Assembly (NCBI GenBank): GCA_012295275.1
Contig: CM022675.1
Coordinates: 8,494,001-8,558,000, forward strand
DNA from: Chrysomallon squamiferum
Taxonomy: Eukaryota > Animalia > Mollusca
Direction of reading: 5' to 3'
DNA: 64,000 nucleotides
Shown here: positions 13,143-27,699 of the stretch, one piece after another
Numbering within the stretch: the first letter of the stretch is position 1
Layout of the letters: each line of letters opens with the position of its first letter
The notes under the pieces: model-generated
Told to the model about the DNA's origin: nothing
What the model saw: only the letters and a program-made list of their open reading frames with translations
The model's database searches: none
Position numbers and translations under genes: made by a program

Positions 13143-13801
13143 GCAGTCAGTAATTCTTCTGACTGTCACATCTCACATGGCCTGTCTGCATGCTGCCAGC
13201 TAACATGTTGTTGTTTTTTTCTCTTCAGCTTGCACACGTATAGCGTTTCAAAACACCATCCATCTCAAGCAAACAAGACCCAGAATAATGGATGGATTCT
13301 TCAGTCCCGCTAACAGCATGTGGTGCTTTGTTTTCAGAAAGAAGAGAAGAAGAAGAAGAAGAAAGGAAAGGAAAGCAAGAAGAGACCTTGGCTGTGATGT
13401 GATGTGATGTGATGTGATGTCGTAAGGTGGGTGGGTCTGGTATCAATGTCTTTATGTGGAAAAGAAAAAAATAAAGAAAATAAAGAAAAAACAAGAATCG
13501 TTTGGAAATGGATGGGTGTTGGTTTTTTAACAGTGACATCTCAATGGTTGTGTTGATGATTGTGTTAATGGTTGTTAAGGTTTTCTAAAGATGAAAAGCT
13601 ATAAACTAATTTAAAACAAAAATAAAGTTGGTTTTTTTTATAATAAAAAATTTTTGGAGCACTGGTTAGAACGAGATATAACAAGTGGGTTGTACAAACT
13701 TTTTTTTAAAAACAGTTTTCATTGTGTACAACTGTCTATGAAAACTGTTTTTTTCAAACAGAATTTTTTTTTTTAATGAGCAGATATTAAATAATTATCT
13801 T

Positions 13802-13807
<6 letters not shown>

Positions 13808-13851
<44 letters not shown>

Positions 13852-13974
13852 ATATACTCTATCTACCTTACTTTTTCTGTTTTTTCTATCTTTTTTTTCT
13901 CTTTTAGCCTCTCTTTTTCTCTCTCTTTTATTTTCTCTTTTTCTATCTTTCATTCCCTCTATCTTACATGATTT

Positions 13975-14044
<70 letters not shown>

Positions 14045-14129
14045 ATATTCTCTCTTACTTTTCTGTTTTTCTATCTCTTTTTGTCTCTTTCTCTTTTTTC
14101 TATCTTTCATTCCCTCTATCTTACATGAT

Positions 14130-14190
<61 letters not shown>
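13808..14190. repeat. Tandem duplication of a pyrimidine-rich unit bounded by (CT)n tracts
   Basis: caaccata..ttctatctttcattccctctatcttacatgatttatc occurs twice between three CT runs. Confidence 0.85.
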
Positions 14191-14194
<4 letters not shown>

Positions 14195-15219
14195 CACACA
14201 GACCTATATAACAAACTCTATAATTAACTATATTAAACCAAACACACACACACACACATACACACATATAACAAACTCTGTAATTAACTATATTAAACTT
14301 TGCACACACACACACAATTTTTTTTTTCATGATACAAAATACCGAATCAATATTTTTTTTTTTTTTTTTTTTTTGAAAACATTACAAAAAAACACACACT
14401 CTAACAGTGAAAAACGTAGAATATTGAATTTCGCCACATCTGATTGGACGATATCTGAACTGAAGCCACAGTTTAATTGAACCTAACAGTCTGTTCCTAA
14501 ATTAAAGACTATTCGAGCCAAATTTCAAACATTCTGCTCTCTGGGAAACCTTAGAGACCGAAATTGAGGACCATCTTAAAATAACCATTCCTGATGACAT
14601 ACAGTCTCATAAAGGCAGACAACAAAAAAAAAAATTTTAAATTTAAAAAAAAAAAAAAAAAAAAAAATCCTTTTTCGTCTCTTTTTTTTTCAAGACACTT
14701 TTGTACTGACCTTATCCTCCAAGAGCAAAGAAGTCATGAGTCATAAAAGTTTGATTGTTGAGCAAGGCAATAAATGTGATTTAATTCGGTTAGGTTGAAA
14801 ATCTTATGAGCTTTATGAGCAAGGTCGAAACAGTTACTTAATTACAAACACATTAACATCAGCAAGGAATTTTTTTTGTTTATCAATAAATAATCATTTA
14901 AGCAGCTTCTAAAACAGTTGTAATTTAATTAAATGTCTGAAGGCATATATACTCTGTGGGGTTTTATTTGAACTCACACTGCTTGTATGTAGATGTGATG
15001 TATCAACAGATACAAGGAATGGAGATAGATAACAGACTAAAATGTGCATTACAGATTGATGTATGAACATACATCTTTTTGTGACATATGTAAATACATA
15101 TATATGTTAATTTTTCTTCTGTCTACATATCTATATATATACACACACACACACATTTATATATAAGTGTGTGTGTGTGTAAATGAATGTAAGTGCATGT
15201 ATGTGTGTTTGTATATATA

Positions 15220-15255
<36 letters not shown>

Positions 15256-15422
15256 TGTATGTATGTATGTATGCATGCATCTGTCTGTGTTAGTATATAA
15301 TAATAATGTGTGAGTGTATATATATATATCTACAAACACACATACATGCACTTACATTCATTTACACATACACATGCATGCATATGCACTTACACACACA
15401 TACATATTCAAAAAATTTATAC

Positions 15423-15455
<33 letters not shown>

Positions 15456-15553
15456 AACTACTTATTTACTAGCATACACATCCTAGTGATATTCTAGAAT
15501 TAAAACTGCATTGACAATTATAACACACACACACACAAAAAAAATCCTACACA

Positions 15554-15600
<47 letters not shown>

Positions 15601-16348
15601 CTCCACCCACCCACACACACATATATCCATCCAAAAGTACTGACACATTCCTATCATATTATGAAAATTAAAATTGTGTGTTAACGCCATCTTCTTTTTT
15701 TAAACATTCTCTCTTTGAAGTGATGATTAAAATCAGCAGACCTCTTGTGCTGGAAATGAAGCTGTTCTTTAGAAGAGAAACCACTTAAAGAGAGAGTGTG
15801 GCTACGAAATGAACAGTGCAAAACGTGCAACATAATTAAATATGATACAATTCAGTTACATCACAGACTTCGCTCCCGTTAATTGTGTATGGCAGTTTTC
15901 TAACAGATAAGTTTGTTTTCAACACATTCGGTTTTTGGGGGTTTTTTGAAATGCTTAAATAAGTGATTTTGTTTTCTTTTCATTATTTTGGGGGTTTTTT
16001 CTTTATTTATTTAGTTTAGTATATAAATATTTTGTAAATATTTTATATTTTTTTAATTTAATTGCTTTTGTGTTTGATAAATATTTTTTGTTTATTTATT
16101 ATTTTTTTTTTTTCTTTAATTAATTTGTAAAACGTTTTCATTTTTAACACGTTTTCTAAATTCTTACATTATATAGACTAATGTTTTCAAATTCTATTTT
16201 TATTATTATTTATTTATTTTATTTTATTTTTATTTATTTCTATTTTATTTTTTAAACCTGAGTATTTCTAATTTTTAAACCTAAAAATACTTTTTTTATT
16301 TTTTAATTTGTGAATACTTTGAAAATATTCTTTTTCTTTCTTTCTGTA

Positions 16349-16379
<31 letters not shown>

Positions 16380-17158
16380 ATTTTATTATTATTATTATTA
16401 TTTGTTTTTTTGGGGGGGTTGTAATTCATAAAACATTTAGTAACATTTTTTTCATGTTATTTAATATATATATTTTTTTAATAAAAATTCTTAACATGAA
16501 TATTTTTTCTTCTTTTTATTTCTTACAACACACTGATCAGTAAAAAAAAATTTAAAACAATTTGTGAAACTTTAGAATTCTATTCTTTCTTTTATTGCCT
16601 TTTTTCTTTTTTATTTCTTTTTATTTTCTTCCTATTTTTAATTCCTTTTTATTAAATTTATTTAATTACTTCTCTTTTTTTCATTTTTTTCTTTTCCCTT
16701 TTTTTTTTTTTTTTTCTTTTTTTATTTTATTTGTATTCTTCATCTTACATGTATTTTATTTTTTATTCTCACATTAAAATATAATTAAAACGTAATCTTT
16801 GTCTTGAGACAGTGAAATTTCCTTAGTTTGCCTTCAACACTTCATTTTTTTTTTTCCATATTTTTTCCCAGTCTAGACACTAATGTGAAATTCAGTGGAT
16901 CAGTTTAATTTAAAATTCATTTTCCTGTTTACAAACAATGTATAAATAATGTAATTACAATTTAAAATCTTTCAATATGGATATTGTGTTGTATTGTATT
17001 TACAGTAAAGCTCGGAAGATAGAATATTTCTTTTTTTTTTTAATGACTTAGAAGTATTTGTAATATTTGAATACCTAGTTAGCAATCTTTATTAATAACA
17101 AAGTATATATATAGCAGATAAAGTGTACAGGTGATATTACTAACAAAGATACATACAG

Positions 17159-17191
<33 letters not shown>

Positions 17192-19154
17192 AATATACAA
17201 TAAACACACATGTACAAACATATATATATACATACAGACACACATACATATATGTATATACATAGACACTCTTATATACACATACAAACATAGATACACA
17301 CACATACACACAAATACATACAATCCAATACTTTATTGTCAGTAAAGGATGGTGTTAATAATGGCATGGCATTTTAACAAAGGTGAGGAGATTATTACAT
17401 AGTTGCTATTTCTGTCTACGTATCTACGTACAGACAGACATCACGAAATAACACAAACTGACAGCCTCCATGTATAATTAGAAAGCTACTGTCGTACTTT
17501 ATTGTTAACAAAGACTGGAGTGTAGAAGGTTTTTCTACTTGACTAATAATATTAAAGTTTAAAAATCAACTAAAAGATGAAGAAAAAATCATCTCTATAA
17601 TACATCAAAGATTAATATCTACTGAAAAATAAAAAATAAAATAATAATAATAATAAATATATATATATATATATATATATTATATTTTTTCAAAACTTGT
17701 GTTGTCTCTTTTCAGATAACAAATAAACCATTAACTTTTTTTTTTTCTAAATGAGTTACCATGACAACCGAAGCTGGTTTCTTCTCACAGTACAAACTTT
17801 ACAAAACACTATCCTGTATAGTAGTATAACTAACTATACCAGTATATTATTATTTTTTGTTTCCTTGGGAATTCTACGTTTTTCGGTCGTGTATATATTG
17901 CAGAAAGAATCTGTTTTCTCTTTTTGTTTAGACAGATGCCTTAATTGTATTAGTGTTTTTCATCAACACTTCCAGTTATCTCCCCTAAAAACTCTTCTGT
18001 TTTTGTACCAGGAATTCACTCTTGTCATACCAAGTTTTGATCACTTACTACCAATGACCTTGACCTAGTATTTACTGTATCAAAGAAAAGACTCTCTGTG
18101 TGGAAAAGTTAGACAGGTGCATGTATATTTTGCGACCTGTGGAAGTCTGTTCCTCTGGGAAATATTTCATAATTAAGAAAGTTGATGGGTTTTTTTTTTT
18201 TTTTTGGTTAAAATTAATTTTGATTAAAGGTGAATAAATGAATAAATGAAATTTTAGTAATTAAGTAAACAAATCTGATGTTATAAAAAAAAAAAAAGGA
18301 AATAAATAGATATATTACAATAAACTACAAACTGTAAATACAATTAAATTAATTTAATTTAATAAAAAAAAAAAAAAAAAATAAAATAAAATAATAAAAA
18401 ACATTTTAGAAGCAATTACCAAATATATATAAATAAATATATATAAATTAATTAATTAATTAAAATAATAAGCAAATAAAATAACAAATACAATTTATGA
18501 AATAAGTAAATGGTGATACAAACAGAAATAAAGTTTATAAATTTATAACAGAATATATAGCAAATAATTAAACTATATACATTTTTTTTAAATAATTAAA
18601 TTAACTAAATTATATTATAAAAAAGCCCAAATGCATAACGAACAACTGAACTAGATCTTATCATCAGATTAAAAAAAATAAAGTAAATTAAGTAAATTAT
18701 TTTTAAAATTTTTAAAAAAAATAGCAAATAACTAAAACATGTTGAATTATCAAAAAAAAAAAAAAAAGAAAAAAATTAACTAAATTATATATAAAATATT
18801 CATATAATAATAATAATAATAATAATAGAATTAACATCAAAACAAAAATTCTATCCGTAAACATGATTTGAACCGAAACACCCCCAGCTTCTAAATCCAG
18901 CCACAGAATCGCTATCTCAGATGTCAAAGTGATAATAATGAGTATTCATTTCTCTGCAGTTGTGATAGGAATGTGATATCACAGAAGCCAATGCACACAC
19001 TTCACTTCAAAGAGAAAGAGAGAAACTAAATATTCAGATAACTCAACACTGACAAGTTAAAAGGAAGGAAGTAATTTTTGTTTCAACAACCATAGCACAT
19101 TTTTAATCTACAGTGATACAGTGTCAAAAATACAAGTAGGTTACTACAGAGGCA

Positions 19155-19700
19155 ATGAGAGAAGAAACCTGATGTCCTTACACATGGGTTATGCTTTTAT
19201 GATAACTAGCTGGGGATATTCTATAAGCACCTTATCAAAGACATTAGACAGTGAGGTATGCTTTTATGATAAGCAACAAGGATTCTTTTATGAGTACTTT
19301 TTCATAATCACAATACAGATGAGGTATGCTTTTATGAAAAGCAATTAGGAATCTTTTAAGCAATAGGTGATATTTTATAAGCACCTTGTCATAGACACAC
19401 AGCAAGATATGCTTTTATCATAAGCAACTAAAAGTGATGTTCCATAATCACTAAACACTGAGGTATGCTTTTATCATAAGCATGTATTTTAAAAGCACCT
19501 TTTTACAATCACTATACAATGGGATATGATTTTATGGTAAGCAGCAAAGGTTCTTTTATAAGCAACTTTTTTTAATCACTGTACAATGGGATATGCTTTT
19601 ATGATAAACAGTAAGAGACTGATTTAAAAGCAACTCTCCTGCTACAAAGGGATATGCTTTGATAATAAGCAGTAAGGGCTCTTTTTGTTGGCATCTTCCC
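19155..19700 (-). repeat. ~60 bp minisatellite derived from an internal SINE segment
   Basis: About 9 copies of gggatatgcttttatgataagcagcaagggttcttttataagcac, preceded by gagagaagaaacctg; matches the SINE fragment at 61085-61152. Confidence 0.7.
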
Positions 19701-20209
19701 ATATTATGCTCTAACATGTCAGAATACAATATTGTAACAAAGCCAACTTATGCATGTTGTTTTTTTTTTGTTTTTTTTTATGTGGGTTTTTTTCATCTTT
19801 CTTTTAATTTTCAGTTTTCATTTTAAATATATATAACATTTTTTCTCTTTTTTATATATATATTTTTTTTTTCTGTCTCATTATCAAAAAACTAATATGG
19901 CAGCAAAAATATCAAAATCTGTCTGAGGTTTCTGATTATACTTTTTTTTTTTGCATTCTTCTTTTTTTTTTTTTTTTCTGTCATGATGATTTATAATCCT
20001 GCATTAGATTTCTGGGACAGAATATTTGAAAGATGAAATATTTTTCAATATTACATGCCATTCCATTTGCATCAACCTGTTGTCATGGTTATTCTGTGTT
20101 ATATTCTTTATGATGCAATTTCATTCTTTTTGTTATTATTTGTTTCTACATTTATATCTGTGCAGATTATTTGATGTGGACATATTATTCTTACTACCAC
20201 TAATACTAC

Positions 20210-21590
20210 TACTCTTAATAATATAACTATTACTACTACTTCTACTAATAGTGTTACTACCATGAATACTACTGTAACAACTATAATTATTATTAAAACA
20301 AGTATTACAGTTACTACTATTAAATTATTATTATTATAACTATTATTACTAAAACTATTATAACTACTTCTAAAACTGTTATTATTATTAAAACTAGTAT
20401 TATTATTACTACAAATAACAATAATTATTATTATTAATAAAACTAGTATTACTATTAAACTATTAAACTATGATTATTATTATAACTAGTATAACTATTA
20501 TTATTATTAGAACTAGTATTATTACAACAAATAATTATTATTATTAAAATTACTATTATTATTACTATTACAACTCTTTTTATTAAAACGACCTCATATA
20601 TTCAAGATCTCCAGAATATAAAGGGTTAAAAAATGTTAACGTCATAATAAATAAATTCAAAAAAAAATAAAATGTAAATATTCCTTGAGAGGAATGAAAT
20701 TGTTGAATATCTGATTATTAATTCTTAATGTCATGGGTTCCAACTGTGAAAAAGATTTCACAAAGGAAATTTCTATGACACATCAGTAAAGAGTGCCAAT
20801 ATTAAAATGCCCCAGGCACTGAAATCCCATGCACAGCCAAGCTATTACAACTGCTATTTTACACTACATTATTAATATTAAACCAGTATTGCTATTACTA
20901 CTATAACAGCTATTATTATTATTAAAACTAGTATTACTATTACTACTATAAAAACTAGTATTATTATTAAAACTAGTATTGCTATTACTACTATAACAAC
21001 TATTATTATTATTAAAACTAGTATTACTATTACTACTAAAACAACTATTATTAATATTAAACCAGTATTGCTATTACTACTATAACAACTATTATTAATA
21101 TTAAACCAGTATTGCTATTACTACTATAACAACTATTATTATTATTAAAACTAGTATTACTATTACTACTTATTATTATTAAACCAGTATTGCTATTATT
21201 ACTATAACAACTATTATTAATATTAAACCAGTATTGCTATTACTACTAAAACAACTATTATTATTATTAAAACTAGTATTACTATTACTACTATAATAAC
21301 GATTATTATTAAACCAGTACTATCACTACTACTATTACTAGTAAAACAACTGTTATTATTATTACTAGAATTACTATTACCACCATAGCAATTATTAAAA
21401 TCTAGAATTACTGATACTACTAACAACTTTATTATTATTTAAACTAGAATTACTATTACTACTACTATTCAAAAACTATTATCATAACTATTGTTATTAT
21501 TATTATTAAGACTTACATGTTACCACTAAAAACAATTATTATTATTATTAAAACTATACTATTACAACTATTATTATTATTAAAACTTTC
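20210..21590. repeat. AT-rich ~45 bp repeat built on (TAT/TAC)n (attaaaactagtattgctattactactataacaactatt)
   Basis: Two blocks, ~20210-20590 and ~20840-21590. Confidence 0.85.
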
Positions 21591-21817
21591 TATCTACCAC
21601 AAATTTTATTTTTAAAAAAAGAATAATATTAAGAAGAAGAAGAAAAAATTTACTTGAATGGTTATTTTCTATAAAATTAACTACTTTCTATCTACAAGGC
21701 AAATTTTAATTTTAATTTAAAAAAAATAATAATAATAAAATCAAAAATAATTTGAATGGTTATTTTCAAAAAATAAAGCAAAAAAAAAAAAGAACCTCAA
21801 ATAAAAAAGGAAAAAAA

Positions 21818-21849
<32 letters not shown>

Positions 21850-21988
21850 AAAAAAAAGAAAAAGAAACAGAAAATGAACAGGAAGAAAAACAAACACAAA
21901 ATGTATTTAAACAACATAACAGAAAGGTAACGAGTTTTCGGCACAAATTTTCTATCAGCGAGAATCATACGCTGTCATTAATTGCAGA

Positions 21989-22216
21989 CAGGTAAAAAAG
22001 TGATGCGAGAAATTGATACACCTGAGTGACGAGCTGATTCGACGTCAGAACTGAAAAGTAATTTATCAAGACAGGTAAACACAGGTGTATTGACAAGTGA
22101 TGACCACATATCGTTGTTAATTAGATATTTTCCATCTGCCTGATCTTTTTACCTGACTCTTACCTGTATGGTGTTTTTTGTTTTACATGTAAATGCAATT
22201 TTGATATTTTTACCTG
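21989..22216. promoter_or_regulatory. Homotypic CAGGTA/CAGGTG cluster
   Basis: Sites at 21989, 22019, 22072, 22082, 22150, 22161 and 22211, in both orientations. Confidence 0.35.
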
Positions 22217-22415
22217 TCTGTCTCACTGTCTGTCTGTCTCTGTTTTTGTATGTTTGTTATTTTTGTTAATTCTTTCTGAAATGTTTTCCTGTTCCAACTT
22301 AAATATTCTTTTTTTTTTAAATGTTATCTGTTACATCTGTGATATCTTTAATTATTATTTGTTCTTGCATATTTTACCTGTATGGTCTTTGTTTTAGATT
22401 ATTATTTTCTAATAC

Positions 22416-22463
<48 letters not shown>

Positions 22464-23513
22464 ATTTATTATTATTATCATTATTACTGTTGTTTTTGTT
22501 ATTATTCCTATTATTTCATTTGCTGTAATTATTATTATTATTGTTCTTATTATTATTGCTGTTATTGCTATTATTATGATTATTGTTGATGTTATTATTA
22601 TTATTGCTATTATTTTTATTGTTGTTGCTGCTTATGTTGTTATTACTGATATTGTTACTATTATTATTATAATTATTATTGTTATTTTTATTATTATCAT
22701 TGTTGTTGTTGTTGCTGTTACTGCTGTTGCTGTTGATTTCTATTGTCTAACAAAACTATTCAGCAATTAAGAACACATTTAAATATGTCAATGATCTCAT
22801 TATTCAACAAATTAAAAAACAAAACAAAAAAAACGAAAAAACATGTGTGTTATTTACACCAATTACTAATGACTCATCACATTCCACAACAACATCACAG
22901 TCGGTAACATTTTAAAGAGAGGCATTCTGGGAAATATCACCCATTGTTTCACGACACCTGACAACAGCTTAAGGGGTTCATAAGCACATTCCTGGGGTGT
23001 CAGAGGTTTCAGGATCAATCCTGATTACTGGAAATACTTAGCAGTGATCTGTTTTATGTTTCATGTGTGTGTGCATCTGTTGTTTGTAGGTCTGTAGGTC
23101 TGTAGGTACAAGAGTATTTGTAGGCCTTTGTGCATACTGGCCAATGTGTTTGTAGGCCTACATGATGTCTGTGTTTTGTGCTTGTAGGCCTAATGTCTGA
23201 AGGCCTATGTGTTTGTGTGTATGTATGTTTATAGCCCTTGTTTTAATTATATGTGTTTGTGCATGTTACACGCTTAAAAAGAAACTGACTAACCAAAATT
23301 TCTGAGGAAAAGTTAAAAAAAAATGACAGACAGTGAAAAGAGGAAATGAAAGAAAAAATAATTAAAAAGAAGAAAAGAGCAAATACCAGAAAAATGAAAG
23401 AAAAACATTAGAGAAAGACAGAAGAACATAATACATGTAGATGGATGTTTTTATGCATCTGTGAACATCTGCCCATTTCAATAACTTCAACTCTCTATTT
23501 ATTTTTATAAAAG

Positions 23514-23710
23514 TAATCTTATATATACTTTTTCTATCTATAATCTTGTATATACTTTTTCTATCTATAATCTTATATATACTTTTTCTATCTATAATCT
23601 TATATATACTTTTTGTATCTATAATCTTATATATACTTTTTGTATCTATAATCTTATATATACTTTTGCCATCTATAATCTTATATATACTTTTTCAGTC
23701 TATAATATAT
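23514..23710. repeat. 27-28 bp minisatellite (tataatcttatatatactttttctatc)n
   Basis: About 7 tandem copies. Confidence 0.92.
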
Positions 23711-24029
23711 ATTTTCTAAATATTGGGTTGTAATAAAAGGCTTAATAAAACTATTTGTTCTTTGTTTTCATTAAAAATAGGGCCAACACAACAATTTCAG
23801 TTATAATCAAACTGACAAAATCAGAAAGAAAATTGAAATGTATCAATGTTTTTGTCATATTTCATACAGAAATGAGAAGTTTAAACACCTTTGATTCTAA
23901 CTTATTATCTAGATATTTACTTTAGAAAATGGGTAGATATTTTTTTTACAATCTAATTTTATGTATATTTTATCTAAGTATAATGGTGTGAATATTTTTT
24001 CTATGTATATTGCATAGAGGAATGTGTAT

Positions 24030-24131
24030 ATGAATGTAGTGTGTGTATGTATGTATGTGTGTGTGTGTGTATGTGTGTGTGTGTGTATGTATGTTTGTGT
24101 GTGTGTATGTATGTATGTAGATATGTGTATG

Positions 24132-24187
<56 letters not shown>

Positions 24188-24477
24188 GATGAATGCATGC
24201 ATGTATGGAGGTATGGAAGTACAGATGTGTGTATGTATATGTGTGTGTGTGTATGTGTGTGTGTACGTATGTGTATATGTGTATATGTGTGTATGTATGT
24301 ATGTGTGTACGTGTGTTTATGTATGTGTGTATGTATGTATGTGTGTATGTATGTGTGTATGTATGTATATGTGTGTATGTATGAATGTATGTATGTATGT
24401 ATTCATTTGTATATTATGTATGTATGTTCATATACATGTACATATGTATGGCATTATAATTATATATTTCTGCATGA

Positions 24478-24516
<39 letters not shown>

Positions 24517-24530
24517 TGTGTGTACATATG
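24030..24530. repeat. Compound (TG)n/(TA)n/(TATG)n microsatellite
   Basis: Direct inspection; source of the 214 and 219 aa spurious ORFs. Confidence 0.95.
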
Positions 24531-24894
24531 TGTATTTTTCTTCGACACTTCTGCTTCCACCTCATCATCATTATTCACCCTTCACACGAGCTTTTAAACA
24601 AAATCGTCACACAATTAAAAACACACGTTGGGTCTCACACACTGCAGTTAACAAATCTCACAAATTGACTGAATTGACATCATTTCTACTGGATTCCTAA
24701 ATGACCAGAACCCCTTGTGTGTTGCTCCATATTCGATCAAATCCCGTGAATTAAGCTTTCACCAGCTGAAAAGAGCAGTCCACACACACTGGTGACCCAC
24801 ACTATAGCAGCAGACGTCCTCTCCTCCTCCTCCTGAGAACAGCTTGAGCCAAAGCTGCAGACCAATCACTCTCGAAGTGCACCGTTTTGATTTA

Positions 24895-25560
24895 TGTCCC
24901 ATTTCAAAACGGGACGCTCATTTCATGATGGGATTCCCAATACACAATACAGATCGAATTAATAGTGATTGTGGTGGGGTTTTTTTTTTTTTTTGTTGGG
25001 AGGTTTTGGGGTTTTTTTATTTTTTTTTTTTTTGTGTCTGTTGGGTTTTGATATGAATTTATTTGTCCCGTTTTGAAATAGGATGCTAATGTAATCATAG
25101 GATGGCTAGAATAGAAACCTATCTGCTTTCAGACTGATGAACTATAAAAAATATTGTTATTATTATCAATATTTGATTACTATTATTATTATTGTTATTA
25201 TTAATATTATTAATATATATAAAAAAATTAATTAAATTTTCTCATTTTTTTCCCAATTTGGGAATCTGCACCATTTTAAGATCGGATGTTAATTTCACGA
25301 CAGGACATCCAATTCCCTTCAGATCTGTGATCAAACACAAAATCTCTTAGTTACACGAAACAGCAATAACATTTCTGTCCTCCGTAATGAATTGGTTCTG
25401 TCCCATTTTGAAATGGGATGCTCATTTCACGACAGGACGGCCAAATCCCCGAAGACTTGACACTGTTTGCAAAAACAAACCAGTTCAGGTCACTTGTTCC
25501 TTGCCCTCAATTGATTTGTCCCATTTTGAAATGGGATGTGTGCGACTCCCAAACCCCAAT
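24895..25560 (+). repeat. Five spaced copies of a ~50 bp motif with palindromic core TCCCATTT-TG-AAATGGGA
   Basis: Copies at 24895, 25064, 25267, 25399 and 25517 with unrelated spacers. Confidence 0.8.
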
Positions 25561-25956
25561 GGGGTTTCCAGTATTGACAGAACAAAATGTCTTAGATGAA
25601 ATGAGTTATGATAATCGTTGCAGAGTAAAAGTGAAAACTGTAAGAAAACAGAAGTAATGGGAGGATTTGTCAAACAGTTTGAATGACAATGGAGAAGAAG
25701 TGTTATAAAGTGTCACTGTGTGTCTTTGTACCACTGCATCTTATATATATATGTGTATATATATGTGCATGTATATGGATGTATGTGTGTATATACATAC
25801 ACATATACACACACAACATATATGTAGAGAGAAAGAACATATGCACATATATATATATATAGATATACATATTAAGAGAAAGAGATAGAGAATGAGACAC
25901 ACACACACACACATACACACATACACACACACATACACATACACACAAACAAACAC

Positions 25957-26030
<74 letters not shown>

Positions 26031-26891
26031 ACACACACACACACACACATACACTCACATACATTTAACACAGCTAATCATCATAATGGGAGCAACAAGA
26101 CAGATTGGAAACAATAAAAACTTTCCTGTTCCGGCAACCAATCTGCACTTAAATTAAAAATTCAATCTGTTTTTCTCGTTCAAGTGACTCCACTTCCGCA
26201 AATTGACTTCCCTTCTGCAGTGGTCAATACATTTAAAACCTTCCGCTACTAAAAAAGACCCTCAAAAAAACACCATGACCAGCATCGTCGGACAATAAAT
26301 AATTTTTCCGTTGTTCCTGTAGAGAAATGAGACCCAGGACAGCGAGAAAGAAGTTAATCATTATAGCTCGTTGGTCTTTTTTGTGTATTTGCAAAGCATA
26401 TGAGTAAATTCTTCAGTTTTATAGCCATGAAGGAGATTTCTGGACAAATTGTACGAATCTGTTAATGGCATTACCAAGCCTGGGGGGGAGGAGAGGAGGG
26501 GGGAGGTGGGGGAGAAAGCGGATACCTCCAGGGAAATGAGATAATTGAAGAGCATTGGAGATGCTATTTTCCTTAACAACTAATAACAATTTTTGGGTGA
26601 ATGGACTAAAATGAGCTTTTTTCTTCACAGAGCTGATGCTTTGGCTTTTTTTTTTTAGCAAGATACTGTTTTCCATACAACTTCTTCTGAAGGCTGATTA
26701 CAAGAAGGCAGTGGGTTTTTTTTTTTTTTTTGTTAATCAGTATTTTTAAAACTGTGGGCAGTTACTGTTTCCTATGTGACTTCTGCTGGGTTATAGCAAA
26801 AATGGTAGTATTTTTTTTTTTAAACTGTGGATAGATACTATATCCCATATAACTTTTAGTGGATGGGTGAAATAAAAAAATTAAAAATTAA

Positions 26892-26930
<39 letters not shown>

Positions 26931-27062
26931 TAAATAATTTTAAAAAAAAATGAATATTTTTTAAATAATATTATATGGATAGATACTATTTTTAGTAATA
27001 TCCAAATTTCCATGAAGCTAACATTGTCCTTTAGCAAGACACTGACTTGTACCTTTGTACTG

Positions 27063-27094
<32 letters not shown>

Positions 27095-27116
27095 GAAGAC
27101 ATACACACACAGACAG

Positions 27117-27150
<34 letters not shown>

Positions 27151-27416
27151 GCTCTATAACTATCACTAATAGATAGATGCTATTTTCCACATAACTTGTA
27201 CTCATTTACAGCAAGATGATATTCTCTTTAAAAACTGTTAGAGCAAGACAGTTGTGTTTTCTTAAACTGACATTAGTTTATCAGTGGATACAATCTTCCA
27301 TACAATGTGTACCTTTCACTATTACCCTTACAACAAGATTAAGCATCCATACATAAATATGACAGACCTAATAAACAAAAATACTATTTTCTTTAAAACT
27401 ACTAATATTCTATACA

Positions 27417-27610
27417 GAGGGGGGCTGTATCTTTGTCATTAGAGCAATGAACTGAGTCCTGATGTATCCAGGATCAATCCATTTAACTCTCCCCATTGGT
27501 CTATTTTTCCATTCTAACCCAGTGCTCCAGTGCTAGTCAATAAAATGCTGTGGTATGTGTCATCCTGCTAACAGAAAGGTATATAAAGAAGATCAGGATT
27601 CCTCTCTCAT
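27417..27610 (+). mobile_element. Decayed tRNA-derived SINE copy
   Basis: Head with B-box-like GGATCAATCC, then cccattggtctatttttccattctaacccagtgctcc..gtggtatgtgtcatcctg, shared with the copies at 38621, 40264 and 48450. Confidence 0.65.
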
Positions 27611-27699
27611 ATCATTTTTGTCCAGCATCCATTATTTTTTTGAAACAGCATATTACAAATTGAAAAAGGCTCGATTCTTGAAAATTAAACTGTCCAAGA

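Noticed and set aside
13229-13430. Plus-strand acceptor ttttctcttcag followed by a short ATG frame
   Set aside because: The frame runs into (GAA)n and (TGTGA)n repeats and stops; no convincing donor.
18049-18095. Minus-strand candidate exon ending GTA|GTAAGT
   Set aside because: Weak exon-side donor bases, non-3n lengths, and a stop in the ATG-led frame; consistent with a chance GTAAGT.
24895-25560. CRISPR array interpretation (also 1268-2440 and 11365-11765)
   Set aside because: Animal genomic context, no cas genes, repeats too degenerate, and spacers too long, variable or low-complexity.
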